Shown here: piece after piece, positions 27,139-38,538 of the stretch
Numbering within the stretch: the stretch's first letter is position 1
Layout: each line of letters starts with the position of its first letter
Source of the DNA: an uncultured Enterobacterales bacterium
GTDB lineage: Bacteria > Myxococcota_A > UBA796 > JAFGLY01
Direction of reading: 5' to 3'
DNA length: 64,000 bases
Assembly: GCA_964454135.1 (NCBI GenBank)
Contig: CAYVQL010000009.1
Location: forward strand, 3,858-67,857
The notes under the pieces: generated by a model
The model's input: only the letters and a program-made list of their open reading frames with translations
The model's database searches: none
Told to the model about the DNA's origin: nothing
Made by a program: the position numbers and the translations under genes

Positions 27139-28656
27139 TCAGGCCGGTCTCCCTGGACCGCCGCGCCTGCCCGGCAACCTCTCGTAGAGCTCCCGCAGCC
27201 TGGACAGCCGGGTCATGGGCTCCACCCGCAACGAGAGCAGCTCGGTGCCAGGATCCCTCCACTCGTAGAGCTGGGCGACGCGGCCCTCTCCGCCAGCCGG
27301 ATCGGGCTGGACCCAGGCGTAGCACTTGCGCCCGAAGGGCCTGGTGCAGGCGGCGTCCTCGAAGGCCGCGGACCAGGTACCCGTGTTGAGCAGCTCCACC
27401 CCGCCACGCATCAGGTGCCCCTCCTCGTGGGTATGGCCGATGACGGCGCGCCGCGTGCCCGTGATGCGCAGCGCCTGGGGGATGCGTCGCTTGAGCACGC
27501 GGTTGGCATTGGTCACATCCGAGCGCACCGAGCGCGCGTAGAGCGCAAAGGGCGGCAGCAGGCCGACGAAGATCAGCAGCGCCCACCAGGGCGAGACCGG
27601 CCCGAACAGGTTCAAGAAACCCACCGCCTGGAAGCTGGTGAACACGATGATGGCCAGGATCAGGGCGCGGTCCAGCCAGAGCTCCCGCAGGATCATCCAG
27701 GGCTTGAAGACCGCCCCGTGCACTCGCAGCTGCCGCAGCGCGCGCAGCATGCCTGCGCTGGCATTGGCGCTCTCGGCGGCCTGGTTCTCGCGCCTCTCCA
27801 GCGTGAAGGGATCCCGCACGGCCGGCCGGAAGCCATCACGCAGGGTGAGCACCAGCGTGAACACTGCGCTCCAGAGCCAGGTCCAGCCCAGCAGGGGCTG
27901 CACGCGGGCCAGGTCGCGGAAGAAGAACACCACGTACTCATGAAGCGGCTTGATGAAGGTGCTCTCCACGTAGGGATTGAACAGCCCCATGCCGTTGAGC
28001 ATCAGCCGGCCCGCCAGGTCGCCGAAGGGCACGCGCATCAGCTCTCGTCCTCCCACCCTGATGGTGGGATGCAGCGGATCCGGGCAGACGCAGTAGGCGT
28101 CGTACTGGCTGCCGTGCTCCACCAGGGTGTCTCCGTTGCTGATGTAGAACCACGGGCAGATGCGCACCTGCCGCCGCAGCCCCGCGGGCAGGTCCAGGGC
28201 CGCGAGCAGCTCGAGCTGCACGTCCCGCCAGAGCAGCTCCACGTCGTGGTTGCCCACCACGATCACCAGGCGATGCCCCTCCAGCATCCATTCCCGCAGG
28301 GCCTGGATGAAGCGCGCGTGGTCCCGCAGGATGACCTGGATCTTGTGCAGCGACTTGGCCTGCTCCGGCGCCAGGCCGCGCCGGCGCTCCAACCAGCTGA
28401 CGTGGAAGGCTGGCACCGCCGGGACGGACAGCACGGCGTCGAAATCGAAGACGTCGCCGTTCAGCACCAGCTCGATGGGGCCGGGCAGCCGTTCCTTCTG
28501 GAACGCCAGAAAGCGCGCGAAGCAATCGTCGATGATCAGATCCCGGTGCTTGTGCCGCATCCACAGCGGCTGGTCGGGATCCGGCTCCTCCACCTCGGTC
28601 AGGTGCAGGTCGCTGACGATGATGGTGTGCTCGGCTCGTCGCGGGTCGGGGATCAT
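27139..28656 (-). CDS. Membrane-associated calcineurin-like metallophosphoesterase
   Basis: Motifs are IIVSDLHL, LNGDVFDF, VVGNHDVEL and GHTHEEGH. Several hydrophobic helices lie between the last two motifs. The start overlaps the upstream stop (ATGA). Confidence 0.8.
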   Translation of the reverse strand: MIPDPRRAEHTIIVSDLHLTEVEEPDPDQPLWMRHKHRDLIIDDCFARFLAFQKERLPGPIELVLNGDVFDFDAVLSVPAVPAFHVSWLERRRGLAPEQAKSLHKIQVILRDHARFIQALREWMLEGHRLVIVVGNHDVELLWRDVQLELLAALDLPAGLRRQVRICPWFYISNGDTLVEHGSQYDAYCVCPDPLHPTIRVGGRELMRVPFGDLAGRLMLNGMGLFNPYVESTFIKPLHEYVVFFFRDLARVQPLLGWTWLWSAVFTLVLTLRDGFRPAVRDPFTLERRENQAAESANASAGMLRALRQLRVHGAVFKPWMILRELWLDRALILAIIVFTSFQAVGFLNLFGPVSPWWALLIFVGLLPPFALYARSVRSDVTNANRVLKRRIPQALRITGTRRAVIGHTHEEGHLMRGGVELLNTGTWSAAFEDAACTRPFGRKCYAWVQPDPAGGEGRVAQLYEWRDPGTELLSLRVEPMTRLSRLRELYERLPGRRGGPGRPA

Positions 28657-29945
28657 GCGCTGCGGTGCACCTCATCCCCATGATGACCCGCCGTGAGTAT
28701 TCTGGCGAGGGGGTGGATGCAGAGGAAACCCATCGGCTCCCGATGCTTAGTCGTAGGTGGTGTAGCTGATCGGCTGTCGATCACGAAGGCGCTGTAGCGC
28801 CCCTCGCCGGTGAGACAGCAGAGCCAGGTGCCCACAGGGATGTCGCCGTAGGAGGAGCCGCTCCCATCGATCTCCGAGGAGGAGTAGCTGGCCGTCGAGC
28901 AGTCGGAGATGGTGACGGAGCTGCTGCCCATGAGGGCCAGCGTGGCGCCGTACTGGGGCCAGAGGTAGCGCGTCTTCTTGCCGGAGATGTTCCACCAGAT
29001 GTCCGCGCCCTTGATCGAGACCTCGAGGCCCGCGTCGAGATCCCCGCGATAGCTGCTCCGTATCGTGAAGCTGCCCGTGCTGTACACGCCGCTGTCCGCG
29101 CCATCGCAGTCCATGTCGATGCCGTCGCCATAGCTGTCGGTCGCGGCAGGGTTGACGCCTGAGTCCGTGTCGTCGCAGTCGGTGGCGTAGGTCAGCTCCA
29201 CGTAGCCGGTGGGCTGGTCGCAAGCTGTGGTCGTGGAGCTGGCATCTCCGTAGCCATCCGAGTCGTAATCGGCGTACCAGGTGTCCGCATCCAGGGCGTC
29301 GGCCTCGTCCGTCGAGCCGTCACAGTCGTCGTCGTAGCCGTTGCAGTACTCGTCGGCGTCGGGGCTGACCGCTGCGCTCGCGTCGTCGCAGTCCTCATCG
29401 TTCGAGACATAGCCCTTGGGTTGGTCGCAGGCGGTGGAGGTGACGGTGGAATCCCCGTAGCTGTCGGCGTCGCTGTCGCAGTACCAGGTGGCTGCGTCGA
29501 CCGCGTCGTCCTCGTCCGTGCTCCCGTCGCAGTCGTCGTCGATGCCGTTGCAGTACTCGTCGGCGTCGGGGTTGACCGCCGCGTCGGTGTCGTCGCAGTC
29601 CCCATCCTTCTCGCTGAACCCGTCCTTATCGCCATCGTAGTCGGTGTCCGCGTCGGTATCCGCGTCGGTATCCGCGTCGGTGTCCGCGTCCGTGTCCGCG
29701 TCCGTGTCGGCGTCGGCGTCGGTGTCGGCGTCGGCGTCGGCATCGGCGTCCGCGTCGACATCGGCGTCGGCCTCGGCGACGGCCTCGGCGTCGGGGTCGG
29801 GCGCGGCGTCGGTGTCCGCGTCCGCCTCGGTGTCCGTATCCGCTGGTGTCTCCAGCTCTCCCATCCGGTCTCGATGCGTCGCGTCAGAAGCCCAGGGACA
29901 GCCCGTGGAGAGCAGCGCGAGGAGGAGCACAAGGCAGAAGCGCAT
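28653..29945 (-). CDS. Lipoprotein with an acidic D-[AT] linker, MopE-like repeats and an unknown C-terminal domain
   Basis: Lipobox is LLSTGC. It has a long [15 protein letters not shown]... tract and three WYxDxDxDxYGD...CDDxxxxVxPDAxEYCNGxDDDCDG units. The C-terminal 30 aa look atypical (see rejected notes). Confidence 0.65.
   Translation of the reverse strand: MRFCLVLLLALLSTGCPWASDATHRDRMGELETPADTDTEADADTDAAPDPDAEAVAEADADVDADADADADADTDADADTDADTDADTDADTDADTDADTDYDGDKDGFSEKDGDCDDTDAAVNPDADEYCNGIDDDCDGSTDEDDAVDAATWYCDSDADSYGDSTVTSTACDQPKGYVSNDEDCDDASAAVSPDADEYCNGYDDDCDGSTDEADALDADTWYADYDSDGYGDASSTTTACDQPTGYVELTYATDCDDTDSGVNPAATDSYGDGIDMDCDGADSGVYSTGSFTIRSSYRGDLDAGLEVSIKGADIWWNISGKKTRYLWPQYGATLALMGSSSVTISDCSTASYSSSEIDGSGSSYGDIPVGTWLCCLTGEGRYSAFVIDSRSATPPTTKHREPMGFLCIHPLARILTAGHHGDEVHRSA
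29641..29843 (-). repeat. Coding hexanucleotide-type (GAC-RCN)n repeat encoding a D-[AT] tract
   Basis: The plus strand reads ...tcggtgtccgcgtcggtatccgcgtcggtatccgcgtcggtgtccgcgtccgtgtccgcg.... It translates (minus strand) to [39 protein letters not shown]. Confidence 0.85.
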
Positions 29946-30156
29946 GGTGAAAGCTTTGAAGGCCTGGAGTCCCTGCGAGTATACCGCAAGTCATGGAAGA
30001 TATGGGGTCAGGTTGCCACCATTATCCTTTCTCCCTTACTCCGCATTGAAAGAGCACTACGGCAGATCCGTGGAGCACTGTGCTAGTCGTGCTCGTCACC
30101 ATCCGGAACTACCGAAGCCATCCCGCGCTACCATAGGTTCAGGAAGACCTTATTCG

Positions 30157-32337
30157 ATGCTGCCCCTCCTGCTGCTCGCCTGCTCCCCGGATCCGGTGCC
30201 ACCGGTCCGCATCCCCAATGCCGCCCCCGTCATCCAGCGCCTGGCGTGGAGAACGCCCGCGGTCCGCACCGACTCGGTGCTGTCCGTGGACGTGGCCTTC
30301 TCCGACGCCGAGGGCGACCCGGTCGCGCTGAGCTACGCTTGGATGGTCAACGGCCTGACCGTGCCCGGCAACGGCCCCAGCCTGGATGGCACGCTGCGCT
30401 TCGAGCGGGGCGATCAGATCGCCGTGACCGTGACCCCAGCCGACCCCACCGGCCAGGGCCTGCCGGCCACCTTGGACGGGATGAGCGTCGACAACACGCT
30501 GCCCGACGCACCGCAGCTCGCCATCAGCCCCGACGATCCGGTCCGCGGCCTGCACGACCTGGTCTGCCAGGTCGTCGCCGACTCCAGCGACGCCGATGGC
30601 GACGCCTGCGGCTACCAGTACGCCTGGCTGGCCCAGGGCGAGACCCTCCATGAAGGCGCCTTGCTGCCCGCCGAGCTGACCGACCAGGCCGAGATCTGGG
30701 TCTGCAGCGTCACCCCCCACGACGGTCTGGACGAGGGGCAGCCTGCCAGGCGGGCCGTGGAGCCGCGCCCTCCGGAGGTCAGCGATCTGGATCCCTGGGT
30801 CCAGCCCCATGTCTTCGTCACCCCCCACGACGCGCAGCCCGGCGACGTGGTCACCGTGCGCTACGAAGGCGCGCTGGCCGACAGCGAGGGCGTCACCATG
30901 CGCTACGGTTGGAACGGCTGGGTCGACCTGCCTAGAACCAAGGGGCTCGTAGGCGCGCCGGATCCCTACGGCACCGATCTTTTCTACGCCCAGGCCGCCA
31001 TGACGGCCGACGGCAGCGGCCACTCCCTGGACCTGACCCTGCCCCAGGGCGCACGCTCTCTGCACATGGTCTTTCTCGCGGACGACAGGCCCGGCGAGCT
31101 CGACGACAACGAGGGCCTGGAGTACCACCACGCCCTGGTCTTCCCCTACATCGGGCCCTTCCTCACCTGGAACGACCAGGCCAGGCCCGCCAACGGCGTG
31201 GTGGTGAGCTTCGAGACCTCGGAGCCCTGCCTGGGGGTCATCGCGCTGGGCACCGGGGAGGAACCCCTGCGGCTGATCGCCGGCCAGGCGCAGGACAGCC
31301 TGCACCACTTCGAGCTCAGCGACCTGGAACCGGACACCGAGTACTTCTACCAGGTGCACAGCAGCGCCGGCCGCTCCTCGGAGGTGTTCTCTTTTCGCAC
31401 GGCACCGGCCCAGAGCGACAGCCTGGAATTCGTCGTGCTGGCCGACGTGCAGGACAACGGAGCCGAAAACGACCGCTGGCCCAGCGTGGCCCAGGCCATC
31501 CTGCAAGAGCGCGGCGATGCGGCGTTCGTGCTGGCCGTGGGGGACCTGGCCGCCGACGACAGGCCGGGCTGGTGGTGGCGTTTCTTCGACGGCGGCCGCG
31601 ATCTGTTCGCCAGCGTGCCCCTGCTGCCCGTCGTGGGCAACCACGACACGCCCTTCTCGGCCTCCAACAGCGACGTGACCAGCTTCACCCGCTACTTCGA
31701 CCTGCCCCAGGCCTGGGGCAGCGAGGTCTGCTACGCCCAGGACTACGGCCCCGCCCGCTTCTTGCTGCTCAGCTCGGAGACGCCGGAGGAGTTCGAAGTG
31801 GGCGGCGTGCAGCGCGACTGGCTCGAGCAGGAGCTGCTGGCCACCTGGGATGGCACGGAGCGCGTCGTGGAGTGGGTCTTCGCCGCCTGGCACCACCCGC
31901 CCTACGACATCGGTGGACGCTTCGCCAAGGACCAATCCACCTATCGGCCCATCACCGAGCTCTGCGATGGCTACGTGGACTGGGTCTTCACCGGGCATGA
32001 GCACATCTACCAGCGCTTCGCGCCCGTCCGCTACGAGGCGCAGGCGGCCGGGGCCTACGGCATCGGCCCTGAGGACGGCGTGGGCTACCTGGTCACACCC
32101 GCGGCCGGCGACTCCCTCTGGTCCTACCTGGTCAACCCCGAGTCCCCGGATGCCGACGCTCGGCCGCTGCTGAGCTTCCCCGAGCTGGACGAGGAGGTCA
32201 CCGAGACCGACGTCGAGCACGGCTTCCTGACCGTGTCCATCGATGGCCCCTCCATCGTCATCGAGTCCTGGGGCATGGGCGACAGCGAGCAGCCCATGGA
32301 TCCCTGGTTGCGGGACTCGGTCAGCTACAGCCACTGA
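30157..32337 (+). CDS. Purple-acid-phosphatase-like metallophosphoesterase lipoprotein
   Basis: Start is at ATG 30157 (MLPLLLLAC). The PAP N-domain ends YFYQVHSSAGRSSEVFSFRTAP. Motifs are VLADVQD, AVGDLAADD, VVGNHDT, WHHPPYD and GHEHIYQRF. Confidence 0.8.
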   Translation: MLPLLLLACSPDPVPPVRIPNAAPVIQRLAWRTPAVRTDSVLSVDVAFSDAEGDPVALSYAWMVNGLTVPGNGPSLDGTLRFERGDQIAVTVTPADPTGQGLPATLDGMSVDNTLPDAPQLAISPDDPVRGLHDLVCQVVADSSDADGDACGYQYAWLAQGETLHEGALLPAELTDQAEIWVCSVTPHDGLDEGQPARRAVEPRPPEVSDLDPWVQPHVFVTPHDAQPGDVVTVRYEGALADSEGVTMRYGWNGWVDLPRTKGLVGAPDPYGTDLFYAQAAMTADGSGHSLDLTLPQGARSLHMVFLADDRPGELDDNEGLEYHHALVFPYIGPFLTWNDQARPANGVVVSFETSEPCLGVIALGTGEEPLRLIAGQAQDSLHHFELSDLEPDTEYFYQVHSSAGRSSEVFSFRTAPAQSDSLEFVVLADVQDNGAENDRWPSVAQAILQERGDAAFVLAVGDLAADDRPGWWWRFFDGGRDLFASVPLLPVVGNHDTPFSASNSDVTSFTRYFDLPQAWGSEVCYAQDYGPARFLLLSSETPEEFEVGGVQRDWLEQELLATWDGTERVVEWVFAAWHHPPYDIGGRFAKDQSTYRPITELCDGYVDWVFTGHEHIYQRFAPVRYEAQAAGAYGIGPEDGVGYLVTPAAGDSLWSYLVNPESPDADARPLLSFPELDEEVTETDVEHGFLTVSIDGPSIVIESWGMGDSEQPMDPWLRDSVSYSH

Positions 32338-32343
32338 GAGATC

Positions 32344-34878
<2,535 letters not shown>

Positions 34879-34891
34879 CCTTTCGGTCGCA

Positions 34892-35458
34892 CTATCTGCC
34901 GCTCCCGCCCAGCCGGGAACGTACCGTCTCCACGAAAGCGCGATCCGCGCGTCGCGAGACGATCGCCAGCGGAGAGTGACCCCGCAGGGCCGCCACCCGG
35001 AACATCCAGGCCAGAGCCAGGCCCGTGATCAGGAAGTTTGGCCAGGCGTTGAAGCCCCACTGGCCCTGCCAGCTCCACCCGTGCTCCGAGAAGGGAAACA
35101 GGTAGCGAATCGGCCAGCTGCAGCCATCGGGCCCGCGGGCCCCTGCCAGGTCGCAGAGCAGGTGCAGGTGGAAGGAGGCCAGGGCCAGGCCCGCGGCGCG
35201 CAGCCGGCGGCGGCCCAGGGCCAGGACCGCGCCACCGACGCAGAGCCCGAAGAGCAGGTTGTGCCCCAGCACGTGGTGGTACTCGCTCCACCAGTACAGG
35301 GTTCGCTCGCTGTCAGCGGTCAGCTTCTCCGCCACGATGCCCAGGCCGTCCAGGTCGGGAGCCACGCCCGCCAGGGTCACCAGGGCGCGATCTCGTCGCT
35401 GCAGGGGCGCCACCGTGGCCACGCCCCAGCCCAGCGCGAAGTGGGTGACGGGGTTCAT
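34892..35458 (-). CDS. YdjM-like membrane-bound metal-dependent hydrolase (DUF457)
   Basis: 188 aa, starting MNPVTHFALGWGVA..., with multiple His residues and hydrophobic helices. The start overlaps the upstream stop. Confidence 0.65.
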   Translation of the reverse strand: MNPVTHFALGWGVATVAPLQRRDRALVTLAGVAPDLDGLGIVAEKLTADSERTLYWWSEYHHVLGHNLLFGLCVGGAVLALGRRRLRAAGLALASFHLHLLCDLAGARGPDGCSWPIRYLFPFSEHGWSWQGQWGFNAWPNFLITGLALAWMFRVAALRGHSPLAIVSRRADRAFVETVRSRLGGSGR

Positions 35459-36255
35459 GGACCCCCGTTCGCGTCGCGCACCAGATCCGCCACCAGGGGC
35501 CAGAAGCGCTCCGGCCGCTCGTTCATGACGTCGTGCCCGGTGTCGGGCAGCACCTCGCAGGGCACAGACTCTAGGCAGGCCAGCACCTCGGGCACGGCGC
35601 TGCGGGCGCCGGCCACGTAGCGCAGGCGCGCGGGCAGGTTCAAGAAGATGTCCAGCAGCTGGCCGCCGTCGGACCAGGCCACCACCGACAGGCAGGCCTG
35701 GTGGAAGGCTCGCGGGTCGCAGCTGCGCGCCCAGATCGCCCAGCGCTGGATGGTGGGATCCGGTGAGCGCGCGAAGGCCGCCAGCAGCCTGGGGAACTTG
35801 CGGTCTCGAAATTCCTCCCAGGGCAGCTCGGCCGAGCGTCGGCTGAGGATGCCGCAGTCCTCGGCCACCAGGTTGCCCTCGACGTCAGTGAACGAGGCCA
35901 GGGGCAGGCTGCCATCGCGCAGCAAGAGCAGGGCGGGGGCGCCCCCCATGCTGTGGGCCACCAGGTGCAGGCGTTCGAAGCTGCGTGTGGCCAGCAGCGC
36001 GGCCAGCACGGCGGCGCAGGTCTCCATGTCGCAGGCCAGGCCCTGGGGCAAGGAGGACTCGCCATGTCCAGGCAAGTCGGGCGCCAGCAGGGAGCAGCCC
36101 TGCAGCTCCGGGGCCGCCCACGCGCCTTCGAAGCATTCCTTGGCCACACCCAATCCGTGCACCATCAGCAGCAGGTCGGATCCGGCGCGGCGCTCCAACA
36201 GGGGGACGTCCAGGGCGCATTCTCCGATGCGAATTCTCTGAGAAGCGGCTGACAT
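35455..36255 (-). CDS. Alpha/beta-fold hydrolase
   Basis: I prefer ATG 36255 (GAGG upstream) to the TTG at 36285. Motifs are LLMVHGLG, the nucleophile elbow VAHSMGG, and the C-terminal PDTGHDV. Confidence 0.75.
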   Translation of the reverse strand: MSAASQRIRIGECALDVPLLERRAGSDLLLMVHGLGVAKECFEGAWAAPELQGCSLLAPDLPGHGESSLPQGLACDMETCAAVLAALLATRSFERLHLVAHSMGGAPALLLLRDGSLPLASFTDVEGNLVAEDCGILSRRSAELPWEEFRDRKFPRLLAAFARSPDPTIQRWAIWARSCDPRAFHQACLSVVAWSDGGQLLDIFLNLPARLRYVAGARSAVPEVLACLESVPCEVLPDTGHDVMNERPERFWPLVADLVRDANGGP

Positions 36256-36262
36256 GCGGACC

Positions 36263-36946
36263 TCAGGGTACGAAGCGATAGCCAATTCCCCACACCGTGG
36301 ACAGGTGCCGCCGGGTGGCGTCCTCGCCCAGCTTCTGGCGCAGGGCCGAGACGAAGTTGTCCACCGTGCGTTCGGTGCCCTGGTAGTCCTGGCCCCAGAC
36401 GCCGGAGAGGATCTGCTCGCGCGTCAGCACGCGCTCGGGGCGCAGCATGAAGTAGTGCAGCAGGTCGAACTCGCGGGCGGTCAGCTCCACGGCGTTCTCG
36501 CCCACCCGCACGCGGCGCGTGTCCAGCTCCAGCTCGATGCTGCCGGCGCGCAGGGTCTGGCTGGGAGTGGGCTCCGAGGCCGTGGAGGCGCGCAGGGCGG
36601 CCCGGATACGAGCCAGCAGCTCGGCGATGCTGAAGGGCTTGGTGACGTAATCGTTGGCCCCCAGGTCCAGGCCGCGGATCTTGTCGCCCTCGGAACCCAG
36701 GGCCGTCAGCACCACCACGGGCAGGCTGGCGTCTTCATCCCGGATGCGGCGCAGAATGTCCAGCCCGTTCACCCCGGGCAGCATCAGGTCCAGTACCACC
36801 AGGTCGGGCTTGCCGCGCTCCAGCTCGGCCAGGCCGCGCCGGCCATCGGTGGCCGGGCGCACGCGGTAACCCTCTTTCTCCAGGTTCAGGGTCAGGCCCA
36901 TCAGGAGCGAGGGGTCGTCTTCGATGACCAGGATGTCAGGGCTCAT
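36263..36946 (-). CDS. OmpR/PhoB-family response regulator
   Basis: The receiver reads ILVIEDDP...LVVLDLMLPGVNG...TKPF. The winged-helix output domain ends TVWGIGYRFVP. Confidence 0.9.
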   Translation of the reverse strand: MSPDILVIEDDPSLLMGLTLNLEKEGYRVRPATDGRRGLAELERGKPDLVVLDLMLPGVNGLDILRRIRDEDASLPVVVLTALGSEGDKIRGLDLGANDYVTKPFSIAELLARIRAALRASTASEPTPSQTLRAGSIELELDTRRVRVGENAVELTAREFDLLHYFMLRPERVLTREQILSGVWGQDYQGTERTVDNFVSALRQKLGEDATRRHLSTVWGIGYRFVP

Positions 36947-37851
36947 CCGGGGGGAACCTCCAGCGCTTGCTCAGGGGGCAGCGAGGGCAGGCGCACCTGG
37001 AAAAGGGCGCCGTCCCCCTCTCCGCTGACCAGTAGGATGCGGCCGCCGTGGGCCTTGACCACCAGGCGCGCCATGGCCAGGCCCAGGCCGCTGCCGCTGG
37101 CGGACTCCAGCTCACGCGCCGCGCTGCCGCGGTAGAACTTCTCGAAGACCCGGCGCTGCTCGCGGCGTGGAATGCCCGGTCCACGATCGGCCACCTCGAC
37201 GACCACTTTTTTCTTCTCTTCTTGCACGCGCACGATCAGCACGCCGCCGGTCGCGCCGTACTTGACCGCGTTGCGCATCAGGTTGAGCAGGGTCTCCACC
37301 ATGGCGGGCCGATCGGCCATCACAGCAGGGCTGTGGTCAGGCAGCTCCAGCCGCACCTCGACTCCCGTCTCTCGCAGCTGGCTGTCCATCTGGGCCAGGG
37401 CCTCGCCCACCAGGGCGTCCACACGCTCGGGCCGCAGGTCGTAGATGCGGCGGCCGGACTCCATGCGGCCCCAGGACAGCAGCCGCTCGATCATGCTGGT
37501 CAGTCGCGAGGTCTCCGCCGACACCGCCGCCAGGCAACGGGCCCGCTCCGGCCCGTCCACGTCGTTGCGCTCCAGGGTGTCCACGAACATGCGGATGCTG
37601 GCCAGAGGCGTGCGCAGCTCGTGGGAGACCTTGGAGACGAAATCCGTCTGCAGCTGGATCTGCCGCGCGTCGCGCCGCAGGATGGCCATGCCGATCACGC
37701 CGCCGGTGAAGACCGCGCTGGAGAAGATCAGCACCAGGATGCCCAAGACGATGTCGAAGCCGGCCCGCTGAAAGACGAGTATCAGGATGCCCACCGCCGA
37801 CAGGAGCACGGTGGGGATGAAGGTGAAGATGATGGACGGGGAGTGCCGCAC
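36943..37851 (-). CDS. Two-TM sensor histidine kinase
   Basis: The start is GTG. The H-box is VSKVSHELRTPLASI, the N-box is LMRNAVKY, and the G-box is GSGLGLAMA. The stop overlaps the regulator's start. Confidence 0.85.
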   Translation of the reverse strand: MRHSPSIIFTFIPTVLLSAVGILILVFQRAGFDIVLGILVLIFSSAVFTGGVIGMAILRRDARQIQLQTDFVSKVSHELRTPLASIRMFVDTLERNDVDGPERARCLAAVSAETSRLTSMIERLLSWGRMESGRRIYDLRPERVDALVGEALAQMDSQLRETGVEVRLELPDHSPAVMADRPAMVETLLNLMRNAVKYGATGGVLIVRVQEEKKKVVVEVADRGPGIPRREQRRVFEKFYRGSAARELESASGSGLGLAMARLVVKAHGGRILLVSGEGDGALFQVRLPSLPPEQALEVPPG

Positions 37852-37918
37852 CTTTTCGCTCTATCCCGGATAGGGAGCACCGGCGTCCGTCAAGGGCCAG
37901 CCTGAGGAGATCCCCGCC

Positions 37919-38437
37919 ATGTGCGCCGCCAACATCGAGTTCAAGGCCCGCTGCCCCGACCCCCAACGAGTGCGCCAGCGCCTGGCCGACCTCGGCATCC
38001 CCCTGGCGCGCGACATGCGCCAGAGGGACACCTACTTCGTCGTGCCCTGTGGCCGCCTCAAGCTGCGGCGCATCGACGACAGCGAGGCCGAGCTGATCCA
38101 GTACCAGCGCGCGGACCGTGCCGCCGCCCGCCAGTCCAGCTACCAGCTGGTGCCCGTGCCCGAGCCGGATCCGCTGGAGCGCGCCCTGGCCCGGGCCCTG
38201 GGCGTGCGCGTGGTGGTGGACAAGCGCCGGACGCTCTACCTGTGGGGCCGCACGCGCGTGCACCTGGACCAGGTGCGGGGCCTGGGATCGTTCCTGGAGC
38301 TGGAGACCGTCGTCACCGACCAGAGCCTGGAGGAGGCGCGCGCGGAGTGCGAGGCGGTGCGGAGGGAGCTGGGGGTGGAGGAGGGGGAGCTGTTGTCGGG
38401 GTCGTACGCCGACCTGCTGCTCGAGCTGGCGGGCTGA
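37919..38437 (+). CDS. CYTH-domain protein (class IV adenylate cyclase CyaB-like)
   Basis: 172 aa. The N-terminal NIEFKARC carries the ExExK signature. Later residues LKLRR...ELIQYQR...VDKRRTLY...VHLDQVRGLGSFLELE follow the CyaB pattern. Confidence 0.75.
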   Translation: MCAANIEFKARCPDPQRVRQRLADLGIPLARDMRQRDTYFVVPCGRLKLRRIDDSEAELIQYQRADRAAARQSSYQLVPVPEPDPLERALARALGVRVVVDKRRTLYLWGRTRVHLDQVRGLGSFLELETVVTDQSLEEARAECEAVRRELGVEEGELLSGSYADLLLELAG

Positions 38438-38538
38438 CTTCGCGGCCTGAGGGTTCGTGCCGGGCGGTGTCTGCGTGCGACAACAGCTGTCGCAGGCCCG
38501 CTGCATACTGGGTTCGAGCCCGTGGCACGGAGAGCGAA

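Noticed and set aside
23942-27586. 1214-aa minus-strand ORF spanning the kinase 3' half, the acyltransferase and part of the phosphoesterase
   Set aside because: It is out of frame or antisense to three genes with clear motifs. Its composition is Arg/Pro/Gly/Ala-rich, typical of shadow frames.
28653-28790. Possible frameshift at the 3' end of the lipoprotein gene, where another frame would end ...PISYTTYD* at 28747
   Set aside because: The annotated frame ends in an ATGA overlap with the downstream phosphoesterase start, which supports it. Without reads or orthologues the alternative cannot be justified. I flag it only as a caveat.
29641-29843. CRISPR-like appearance of the short periodic repeats (also at 52038..52152 and 57961..58135)
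   Set aside because: The period is 6-12 nt with no spacers. The repeats lie entirely within ORFs and translate to D-[AT] tracts. No cas genes are present.
38476-38530. tRNA-like elements: a 6-bp stem with a 7-nt loop hairpin, followed by GGTTCGAGCCC
   Set aside because: The T-stem pairs at only 3 of 5 positions. The hairpin loop (aacagct) lacks U33 and the purine at position 37, and no acceptor or D arm can be drawn. It is not a tRNA, and a degraded tRNA or att remnant cannot be supported.
37921-38538. N-terminal 206 codons of the 872-aa ORF
   Set aside because: It overlaps the CYTH gene in another frame and is Arg/Pro/Gly-rich. An ATG with a good RBS at 38539 starts the recognisable AAA+ protein.
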